A stretch of 64,000 nt of DNA from Bacteroidales bacterium (GTDB lineage: Bacteria; Bacteroidota; Bacteroidia; Bacteroidales; VadinHA17): contig JBJKPQ010000162.1 in NCBI GenBank assembly GCA_046706305.1, positions 13,381 to 77,380 on the forward strand, given 5' to 3'. Each line of letters starts with the position of its first letter. The stretch's first letter is position 1. The translations under genes were made by a program, and so were the position numbers. Positions 56,567 through 64,000 of the stretch are shown here, piece after piece. The notes under the pieces are model-generated. The model had not been told where the DNA came from and did no database searches. It worked only from the letters and a program-made list of their open reading frames with translations.

Positions 56567-57925
56567 ATGAAAAAAACAAGTATTTCCCGGCGTAACTTTC
56601 TTGGTAAGGCTGCGGCGGCGGGGGTGGCTGGTATTGTAGCTCCCACAATTCTAACCAGTTGCAACCGTGAATCAAAGAAAACAGTGGCAGTTCCCGTGAT
56701 GCTCGACCAGGCTCCGGATGGCCCGGTTCTGAAAGCCGGAGTAATCGGATGTGGTGGTCGTGGTACCGGTGCCGCTATTAATTTCCTGAGTGCAGGGCCA
56801 AATCTGCAGATTACGGCTCTCGGCGATACATTCCAGGATCGTATAGATTCATGCCGCAGTGAAATTCTTAAACAAAAGGGGCAGGAAGTACCTGTTGAAA
56901 ACTGTTTTGTAGGTTTTGACGCCTACCAGAAGGTGATAGATTCCGGTGTCGATATTATAATAACTGCAACCCCTCCTTTCTTTCGTCCCCTGATACTGGA
57001 AGCAGCAATACAGGCTAAAAAACATGTTTTTGCTGAAAAACCTGTTGCTGTAGATCCGGAAGGAGCCAGGTCGATTATGGCAACAGCACAAAAGGCAAAA
57101 GGGATGGATCTTTGTATAGTGACCGGGACACAACGTCGCCATCAACGTGACTATATTGCAGCATGGCAACAGGTAGCTGAAGGTGCAGTAGGAGAAATAA
57201 CGGGTGGTAATGTTTACTGGAATGGGGGCAAGCTGTGGCACCGCGATCCAAACCCGAAATGGAGCGAAATGGAATACATGATACGCAACTGGGTTAACTG
57301 GACATGGCTTTCAGGCGACCATATTGTGGAACAACATGTGCATAATATTGATGTTATGAACTGGTTCACAGGTTCTCATCCTGTCAGTGCTCTGGGATTC
57401 GGATCAAGACTTCGCAGGGTGACAGGTGATCAATATGATAATTTCAGCGTCGATTTTGTTTTTGATAATGGTATTCATTTTCACAGTATGTGCCGGCAAA
57501 TTGACGGGTGTACAAATAATGTATCAGAACATATCCAGGGTACAAAAGGATCATCTGACTGCCGAAGCAATATTGTAGACCTGGCTGGGAATGTTCTGTG
57601 GAAATATGATTATCCAAAGGACAAAGACGGTAATCCAACAAACCAGGTCAGCGTTGATCCTTATGTCCAGGAGCATATCGACCTGGTTACTGCTATACGT
57701 ACCGGTAAACCTGTCAATGAAGCTGAAGCCACTGCAATTTCTACCCTGGTCGCCATTATGGGACGTATTTCAGCTTATACAGGTAAGGAAACAACATGGG
57801 ATGAAATGATGAATTCAGATCTTAAGCTTGGTCCGAAAGTATTTGACTGGGGTCCGGTAGATATAGATAAGTCAGTACCACTGCCGGGAGTAGCTTATAT
57901 ACCTGAAACAACACAGGGTTCATAA
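56567..57925 (+). CDS. Tat-exported Gfo/Idh/MocA-family oxidoreductase
   Basis: Twin-arginine signal SRRNFLGKAAAAGVAG, Rossmann GVIGCGGRGTGAA and EKP motif (FAEKPVA). Confidence 0.85.
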   Translation: MKKTSISRRNFLGKAAAAGVAGIVAPTILTSCNRESKKTVAVPVMLDQAPDGPVLKAGVIGCGGRGTGAAINFLSAGPNLQITALGDTFQDRIDSCRSEILKQKGQEVPVENCFVGFDAYQKVIDSGVDIIITATPPFFRPLILEAAIQAKKHVFAEKPVAVDPEGARSIMATAQKAKGMDLCIVTGTQRRHQRDYIAAWQQVAEGAVGEITGGNVYWNGGKLWHRDPNPKWSEMEYMIRNWVNWTWLSGDHIVEQHVHNIDVMNWFTGSHPVSALGFGSRLRRVTGDQYDNFSVDFVFDNGIHFHSMCRQIDGCTNNVSEHIQGTKGSSDCRSNIVDLAGNVLWKYDYPKDKDGNPTNQVSVDPYVQEHIDLVTAIRTGKPVNEAEATAISTLVAIMGRISAYTGKETTWDEMMNSDLKLGPKVFDWGPVDIDKSVPLPGVAYIPETTQGS

Positions 57926-57946
57926 TATTTATAAAATACCCGAGTT

Positions 57947-58891
57947 ATGGAATTTAACAGACGGAAATTCATAAAAAAAGCAGCAACAACAGGAGCAGCC
58001 TTGATGGCAGCTCCTGCCCTTCTCTCTTCTGCAAATGGTGTAACCTCTCCTGGAAAAATGGATGAAGGTGAGCCCTTCAAACTTAAATATGCGCCTTCAT
58101 TTGGGATGTTTAATGAACATGCAGGAAAGGATCCTGTTGACAATATCAGGTTCTGTTATGATACAGGGTTCAGGGCTATGTTCGATAATGGGCTGAAAGA
58201 CAGGCCTGTGGAAGAACAGGAGAAAATAGCCAATGAGATTAGCAGCCGTGGAATGGAACTGGGCCCCTTTGTGCTGTATGCCGATTTCGGTGTTACATCC
58301 TTCGTTCTTAACAAACCGGATATCCGTGATATGCTTATCAATAAAATGAAGGAAGGTGTTGAAGTGGCAAAAAGGACTGGTGTTAAATGGGCTCTTGTGG
58401 TCCCGGGAAGATACGATGAAAGATTACATCACGATTACCAGACAGCCAATGTAATTGATAACCTTAGGTACTGCTGTGATATTACAGGTCCGGCAGGCCT
58501 TACAATTGTCCTGGAACCTCTTAATACAATCCACGATCATCCTGGTTTATTCCTTAACGGAATACCCCAGGCATATGAAATATGCCGCGCAGTAAACAAC
58601 CCTTATTGTAAGATTGTGGACGATATTTACCACCAGCAGATCACCGAGGGTAATCTTATTCCTAATATTGAAGCAGCCTGGTCGGAAATAGCTGCTTTTC
58701 ACCTTGGTGATAACCCCGGTCGTAACGAACCCACCACGGGTGAGATAAATTATAAAAACATATTTAAATATCTCTACAATCGCAACTATAATGGTGTACT
58801 GTGTATGGAACATGGTATGAGCCAAAGATCGAAGGAAGGAGAAGAGAGAGTTATACAGGCATACAGGACATGTGATGATTTTGAAGTTTAA
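57947..58891 (+). CDS. Tat-exported xylose-isomerase-like TIM-barrel protein (sugar phosphate isomerase/epimerase or hydroxypyruvate isomerase family)
   Basis: Twin-arginine signal NRRKFIKKAATTGAALMAAPAL. ~270-aa barrel with LEPLN and HLGD-type metal-site motifs. Confidence 0.75.
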   Translation: MEFNRRKFIKKAATTGAALMAAPALLSSANGVTSPGKMDEGEPFKLKYAPSFGMFNEHAGKDPVDNIRFCYDTGFRAMFDNGLKDRPVEEQEKIANEISSRGMELGPFVLYADFGVTSFVLNKPDIRDMLINKMKEGVEVAKRTGVKWALVVPGRYDERLHHDYQTANVIDNLRYCCDITGPAGLTIVLEPLNTIHDHPGLFLNGIPQAYEICRAVNNPYCKIVDDIYHQQITEGNLIPNIEAAWSEIAAFHLGDNPGRNEPTTGEINYKNIFKYLYNRNYNGVLCMEHGMSQRSKEGEERVIQAYRTCDDFEV

Positions 58892-59023
58892 TTAATATTT
58901 CATACCGCTTACTCACTGATTTTAAAGGGATCTTCTTACCTTTGGGTTATAACTGTTTTTTCACGGTAGCTATCGCTATTAATACAACCTTCGGGCTGGC
59001 TTGTTTAATCTAAATTAATTAAA

Positions 59024-60136
59024 ATGAAAAAGTTAAATCTGTTATTGCCTGTGTTCTTTTTATTCATGATGCTGATGACTGCATGTAACTCTCCTTCAAT
59101 AAGACTCTTTGCCGGAAGATATAATGATAAAGGAGGTAAGGGCCTGTACCTGTACGATGTAAACCTGGACAGAGGAACTTTCAAGCCTGTCACCGAAGCT
59201 GATGCAGGACCGGATCCTTCCTATTTTTGTATATCTAAAAAGACCGGTTATATCTATGCTGCCAACGAAGTGATGGATTTTCAGGGTGCCAAAGCGGGTG
59301 GAGTGACGGCATTAAGTTATGACTCCAAGACAGGTAAAATTGAAAAGCTAAAGGATCTTGTTGTACCTTACGGAGGGCCTTGCTTCATCTCCTTATCACC
59401 CAATGATGATTTCCTTTTGATGGCCAACTATTCCAGCAGCTCGGTGTCTGTTGTGAAGCTTGATGATAAGGGTCTGCCGGAAGCTGTTACTGATACAATT
59501 CTTTTCAATGACAGGGAAGGAAAGGTATCTCATCCTCATATGATGATGTTCGGACCCGATGGTGAACATGTATATCTTACCGACCTGGGTTACGACAGGG
59601 TAGTGGTTTACGATTTTGATAATATCAACGGCAGGCTACTGCAACTTGATAATGGTATTGTGGATTTTCCCGAAGGAACGGGTCCTAGGCATTTTACATT
59701 TAGCCGTGACGGAAGTAAGATGTATGTTATTTGCGAGCTCAATTCAACAATATCCGTTCTCGATGTCGACGAGGGTGGCAGACTTAGTATTATTCAGACT
59801 CTTTCTACAATTACAGATGATTTCAAGGGTAAAAGTTTTTGTGCGGATGTTCATTTTGGTAATAGCGATCAGTATCTGTATGGTTCCAACAGGGGTGAGA
59901 ATGATATAATTACATTTAAGGTTGGAGAAGACGGCAAGCTTGAAATTATTGGCAGAACTCCCTGTGGAGGCGACTGGCCCAGGAATTTTGTTATTGATCC
60001 TTCGGGGAAATTTATTCTCGTCGGAAATCAGCGTTCAGGAAATATCTCCCTTCTTAAAATTGATGAAAAAACCGGAATACCTGCGGAAACAGGGAAAGGC
60101 TGCAAAATAGTTACTCCTGCATGCCTTAAATTCTAG
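59024..60136 (+). CDS. Lipoprotein, 7-bladed beta-propeller lactonase family (6-phosphogluconolactonase-like)
   Basis: Lipobox FFLFMMLMTAC. Repeated propeller blades (..GPRHFTFSRDGSKMYVICELNSTISV.., ..PRNFVIDPSGKFILVGNQRS..). Confidence 0.8.
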   Translation: MKKLNLLLPVFFLFMMLMTACNSPSIRLFAGRYNDKGGKGLYLYDVNLDRGTFKPVTEADAGPDPSYFCISKKTGYIYAANEVMDFQGAKAGGVTALSYDSKTGKIEKLKDLVVPYGGPCFISLSPNDDFLLMANYSSSSVSVVKLDDKGLPEAVTDTILFNDREGKVSHPHMMMFGPDGEHVYLTDLGYDRVVVYDFDNINGRLLQLDNGIVDFPEGTGPRHFTFSRDGSKMYVICELNSTISVLDVDEGGRLSIIQTLSTITDDFKGKSFCADVHFGNSDQYLYGSNRGENDIITFKVGEDGKLEIIGRTPCGGDWPRNFVIDPSGKFILVGNQRSGNISLLKIDEKTGIPAETGKGCKIVTPACLKF

Positions 60137-60174
60137 AGAAAAACCTGATCACAATAATATGGTTTAAATATTGG

Positions 60175-60221
60175 GGCTGTATTAATTGTCAGTTTATAAC
60201 TTTTTTATTTTTAATACAGCC
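60175..60221. terminator. 11-bp perfect hairpin between convergent genes
   Basis: GGCTGTATTAA (60175-60185) and TTAATACAGCC (60211-60221) with a 25-nt T-rich loop. Confidence 0.4.
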
Positions 60222-60226
60222 TCAAT

Positions 60227-60835
60227 TCATTTGTCATACAAACGATTCTGATTTTCATTTATTATTTTCAGGTAGTCAGAAGTGTTTTCAACCTCCGCAT
60301 AACTTTTAAGTGTATTGAGTGTTGAAAAATGGACATCTGCCGCTTTTATTATCCTGTCGCCATACCTCAGATCCCTTGTGGCGCAGGCATCACCTATAAG
60401 TATACATTTATACCCGAAATCACTCGCGGCCCTTGTCGCGGCTTCAACACACATATGGGTCTGCATCCCGCATATAACGAGAGTGTCTATCCCTGCTGAA
60501 ATAAGGTAATCGTGCAATCCGGTATGGAGAAAGGAGTTAACTTCGTCTTTTGAGAAAATCTTTTCCCCGCTGATTGGTTTTACCAGATCATTTATCTTGC
60601 CCCCGGGCTCAAAATTGTGCCGTACATAAATCACAGGCTGATTATTATGCCTGAAATCTTCAAGCAGAAGAGCGGCATTTGCCGCTGCTTTTCCAGGTTC
60701 TACAAGTTCTGCTTTTCCTCCCGGGAAATAGAAATCCTGTATATCTATTATTAGTAATGCCTTTTTACCTGTTTGGGCATCGAGGTGTCCAAGGCTCATA
60801 GAAAGGACTATTGCGGCAATAAAAATCTTTTTCAT
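60227..60835 (-). CDS. Isochorismatase-family cysteine hydrolase with signal peptide
   Basis: Signal peptide MKKIFIAAIVLSMSLGHLDAQ, ALLIIDIQ and catalytic region VICGMQTHMCVE. Confidence 0.8.
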   Translation of the reverse strand: MKKIFIAAIVLSMSLGHLDAQTGKKALLIIDIQDFYFPGGKAELVEPGKAAANAALLLEDFRHNNQPVIYVRHNFEPGGKINDLVKPISGEKIFSKDEVNSFLHTGLHDYLISAGIDTLVICGMQTHMCVEAATRAASDFGYKCILIGDACATRDLRYGDRIIKAADVHFSTLNTLKSYAEVENTSDYLKIINENQNRLYDK

Positions 60836-61099
60836 AACAGTTATTATTAACTTGCAGGAATAAATTACCTAAACCATAAAAGTAATGTATAATTTTGAAT
60901 TACAGGTATTCATCCAAAACATGGATTTTTTTACTTTCCCTTTATCTTAATAATTATTAATTGTGATTTGGTTTAATTGCATCAGGCAATTCCCTGATGA
61001 TCTGTCTCTCCTTTTTAATATAAAGGATCCTGTGCCTTAAACATTGTTTTTGAATTCTTAAAATTTCTCCGTATTATTATTATCAAATTTTTCTTTTAC

Positions 61100-62659
61100 A
61101 TGAATCGTCAGTCTTTCCTGAACAAAATAAAAGCACAACCGGATCTACTCTTTGATATTGTAGTAATTGGAGGGGGAGCAACAGGTCTGGGTATAGCATT
61201 TGATGCTGCCACCCGGGGATACAGGACACTTCTTTTCGAGCAGTCGGATTTTGCCAAAGCCACATCTTCGCGAAGTACAAAGCTTGTGCACGGAGGTGTA
61301 AGGTATATGGCGCAGGGCGATCTGCTCCTTGTAATGGAGGCTCTTCATGAACGGGGTATTATGATGCAAAATGCCCCGCATTTGACGTTCAACCAGGAAT
61401 TTATCATTCCGGTATATACCACCTGGGATGTCATCCTTTATACAGTCGGGCTGAAGTTTTATGATCTGATGGCCGGCCGGCTAAGTATGGGTAAGTCTTA
61501 TTTTATTAATAAGAAGAAGACTCTTGAACGCCTCCCCATGCTTAAAGGTGAAGGTCTTAAGGGAGGGGTGGTTTATCACGATGGACAATTTGATGATTCA
61601 AGGATGGCCTTTTCTCTGGCCTCAGGATGTGATGTCCATGGCGGTATGGCCGTTAATTACTGCAGGGTAGATGGTTTCCTGAAAGACCCGTCCGGAAAGA
61701 TATCGGGGGTGAAGGTAAAAGATATTGTTACAGGCGAAGGGTTCGAGGTAAAGGCTAAGCTGGTTATCAATGCAACCGGTGTGTTTGCAGATGAGGTAGC
61801 CCATATGGATAATCCTGAAGCAAGGCCAACCATACGTCCGAGCCAGGGTGTCCATATCGTTCTTGACAAATCTTTCCTCCAGGGAGATTCTGCCATAATG
61901 ATACCCAAAACAGATGACGGACGTGTTTTATTCGCAATCCCCTGGTACGATGAAGTTGTTGTGGGGACTACTGATACGCCTCTCGAAAAAGTCAGCCTTG
62001 AACCTGTTGCACTGGAGGAAGAGATTGATTTTATTCTGCGGACAGCGGGTAAATATCTTATGAAGCCGCCTAAGCGAGAGGATGTGCTATGCATCTTTGC
62101 CGGGTTACGTCCGTTGGCTGCTAATCCTGCTAATCCAACCTCCACAAAGGAGGTGTCGAGAAGACATAAGATCACACTTTCTCAGTCCGGCCTCCTGTCT
62201 ATTGTGGGTGGTAAATGGACAACATACAGGAGAATGGCTGAAGAAACAATAGATAAAGGGATTAGTGCAGGAATAATTGAAAAGAGAAAATGTGTCACTC
62301 ATGGGATGAAACTTATCCCTGATCCGCCGCAGGTATCATCGGGAAGACTTCATATCTATGGTGCCGGGATGCCTGAGATAGAAAAAATGATAACTGAAAA
62401 GCCTGAACTGGGACAACAACTTGATAAAAGGCTTCCTTACACCAGAGCCGAGATAACCTGGATATGCCGTAATGAAATGCCCGTTAACGCGGAGGATATC
62501 CTGGCTCGGAGGACAAGGGCCTTGTTCCTTAATGCCAGTGCAAGTGCCGATATGGCACCGGAGGTGGCACAAATTATGGCCAGTGAATACGGTCACGGAC
62601 CAGAATGGGTTGAAAACCAGGTAGAATCATACAGGCAACTTGTCAGGAATTATTTATAG
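61100..62659 (+). CDS. glpD: FAD-dependent glycerol-3-phosphate dehydrogenase
   Basis: 519 aa with FAD fingerprint DIVVIGGGATGLG.A.DAA.RG, SSRSTKL.HGG.RY and a C-terminal alpha-helical domain. Immediately upstream of glpK. Confidence 0.88.
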   Translation: MNRQSFLNKIKAQPDLLFDIVVIGGGATGLGIAFDAATRGYRTLLFEQSDFAKATSSRSTKLVHGGVRYMAQGDLLLVMEALHERGIMMQNAPHLTFNQEFIIPVYTTWDVILYTVGLKFYDLMAGRLSMGKSYFINKKKTLERLPMLKGEGLKGGVVYHDGQFDDSRMAFSLASGCDVHGGMAVNYCRVDGFLKDPSGKISGVKVKDIVTGEGFEVKAKLVINATGVFADEVAHMDNPEARPTIRPSQGVHIVLDKSFLQGDSAIMIPKTDDGRVLFAIPWYDEVVVGTTDTPLEKVSLEPVALEEEIDFILRTAGKYLMKPPKREDVLCIFAGLRPLAANPANPTSTKEVSRRHKITLSQSGLLSIVGGKWTTYRRMAEETIDKGISAGIIEKRKCVTHGMKLIPDPPQVSSGRLHIYGAGMPEIEKMITEKPELGQQLDKRLPYTRAEITWICRNEMPVNAEDILARRTRALFLNASASADMAPEVAQIMASEYGHGPEWVENQVESYRQLVRNYL

Positions 62660-62677
62660 GAATTAATCAACGATAAC

Positions 62678-64000
62678 ATGGAAAAGTTTATTTTGGCACT
62701 TGACCAGGGTACAACAAGCTCAAGAGCGATCATATTCGACAGGAATGGTAAGCCGCTTGTTACAGCACAAAAAGAATTCAGACAGTTTTTCCCCAGACCG
62801 GGTTGGGTTGAACATGACCCTGAGGAGATATGGTCTTCACAGGAATCGGTTGCAAGGGAAGCAGTGAAAAAAGCCGGTATCAGCAGCGATCTTATTGCTG
62901 CTATTGGTATTACAAACCAGAGGGAAACAACTCTTGTGTGGAACAGGAAAACAGGAAAACCTGTTCATAATGCAATTGTTTGGCAGGACAGGAGAACAGC
63001 TGCCTTCTGTGATGAGCTTAAAAACAAGGGGAAGAGCAGGACAATACGTGATAAAACAGGGCTTATAATCGATGCCTATTTTTCCGCTACAAAGATAAGG
63101 TGGATACTCGATAATGTTGATGGTGCCAGGGACCTTGCCGAAAAGGGGGAACTGGCATTCGGCACTGTTGATTCATGGCTGGTCTGGAAACTGACAGGTG
63201 GTAGACTTCATGTAACCGATGTAACAAATGCATCGCGTACAATGCTTTTCAATATTCATAACCTGCAATGGGATGATGAGCTGCTCGGTATTTTTGGAAT
63301 CCCTTCTTCAATGCTTCCGGATGTGAAATCATCAAGTGAGATATATGGCAACACAGATAATCTTTTTGAAACATCGGTACCTGTGGCAGGAATAGCAGGT
63401 GATCAGCAGGCTGCACTCTTTGGTCAGATGTGTACCGACCCGGGAATGGTCAAAAACACATACGGCACAGGCTGCTTTATGGTTATGAATATAGGGGATA
63501 AACCGATTGAATCAAAGAACCAGCTTTTAACCACAATAGCTTGGCAGATAGACGGAAAAACACAGTATGCACTCGAAGGCAGTATATTTATAGCAGGTGC
63601 TGTGGTTCAATGGCTGCGCGACAGCCTGGGTGTTATTAAACAATCGGGTGATGTGGAGAAGCTGGCAGCAGAGGTGTACGACAGCGAAGGCGTATATTTT
63701 GTACCGGCCTTTGCAGGTTTGGGGGCGCCTCACTGGGACCAGCATGCCAGGGGGACTCTTGTTGGAATTACAAGGGGATCAACATCAGCTCATATAGCAA
63801 GGGCTGCTCTCGACAGTATTGCATACCAGACACTGGACGTACTTGAGGCAATGCAGCAGGATTCCGGTTTGCATATTAAAGAACTGAGAGTCGACGGAGG
63901 TGCGACAGTAAATAACAAGCTGATGCAGTTCCAGTCTGATATTCTTCAGGCTGATGTCGTCCGACCAAAAATAACCGAAACGACAGCGTTGGGAGCGGCC
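62678..64000 (+). CDS. glpK: Glycerol kinase, 3' end outside window
   Basis: Absent from the ORF track because no stop occurs before the window end. The ATG at 62678 gives [46 protein letters not shown].. and the frame stays open for 441 codons. Confidence 0.93.
   Translation, partial: MEKFILALDQGTTSSRAIIFDRNGKPLVTAQKEFRQFFPRPGWVEHDPEEIWSSQESVAREAVKKAGISSDLIAAIGITNQRETTLVWNRKTGKPVHNAIVWQDRRTAAFCDELKNKGKSRTIRDKTGLIIDAYFSATKIRWILDNVDGARDLAEKGELAFGTVDSWLVWKLTGGRLHVTDVTNASRTMLFNIHNLQWDDELLGIFGIPSSMLPDVKSSSEIYGNTDNLFETSVPVAGIAGDQQAALFGQMCTDPGMVKNTYGTGCFMVMNIGDKPIESKNQLLTTIAWQIDGKTQYALEGSIFIAGAVVQWLRDSLGVIKQSGDVEKLAAEVYDSEGVYFVPAFAGLGAPHWDQHARGTLVGITRGSTSAHIARAALDSIAYQTLDVLEAMQQDSGLHIKELRVDGGATVNNKLMQFQSDILQADVVRPKITETTALGAA

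Noticed and set aside
60975-60991. The palindrome AATTGC-N5-GCAATT upstream of glpD, and GGGATAT-N16-ATATCCC (51521-51551) upstream of the fumarase gene, considered as possible operators.
   Set aside because: Arms of 6-7 bp in AT-rich intergenic DNA are expected by chance. I cannot tie them to any known regulator motif.
1-64000. Scanned the whole window for mobile elements, integrases or transposases, toxin-antitoxin pairs, restriction-modification systems and other recognisable defence genes, and for rRNA.
   Set aside because: None of the ORF translations show the corresponding motifs: no DDE or tyrosine/serine recombinase signatures, no methyltransferase motifs, and no Cas, Abi or TIR-like domains. 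The two tRNA genes are not flanked by integrase genes or by direct repeats of their 3' ends.

Overview
Gene-dense chromosomal segment, most likely from a Bacteroidota genome. Supporting signs are the rplM-rpsI-rpsB-tsf gene order, a T9SS type-B C-terminal sorting domain, TAnnTTTG -7 boxes upstream of several genes, and the SPOR/LytTR/TonB repertoire. I call 51 intact protein-coding genes (two truncated by the window edges), one receiver-domain gene interrupted by an in-frame TAA, and two tRNAs (Ala-GGC, Glu-UUC). I recognised no rRNA, CRISPR array, transposase, integrase or phage genes. About two thirds is housekeeping: ribosomal proteins, tsf, purD, hflX, asd, lpxK, sppA, folK, mpl, class I fumarase and glpD-glpK. 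Three accessory, envelope-related clusters stand out. (1) 23054-27506 is a translationally coupled operon: receiver domain (with nonsense codon), TPR/beta-barrel outer-membrane protein, SPOR-TM-HEAT protein and a processive family-2 glycosyltransferase. I read it as a compact, atypical synthase-dependent exopolysaccharide system; a LytS/LytTR pair lies just upstream and a triple-repeat beta-helix lipoprotein lies convergent downstream. (2) 14942-20587 (minus strand) holds a YbhN/MprF-type flippase-like protein, a 1035-aa ABCG-type transporter with a TerB-like N-terminus and a roughly 240-aa extracytoplasmic loop, a lipoprotein and a small secreted protein. (3) 54921-60136 holds a membrane tetrahaem NapC/NirT cytochrome fused to an FGE/SUMF1 domain, followed by Tat-signal Gfo/Idh/MocA oxidoreductase, Tat-signal TIM-barrel isomerase/lyase-like protein and a lipoprotein lactonase. 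Non-coding oddities are a cloverleaf-like structured element ending in T9 (1193-1378), back-to-back 7-nt and 8-nt tandem arrays upstream of hflX, and several imperfect palindromic intergenic elements. All family assignments rest on motifs read by eye and recalled family knowledge. No database search or computation was run.
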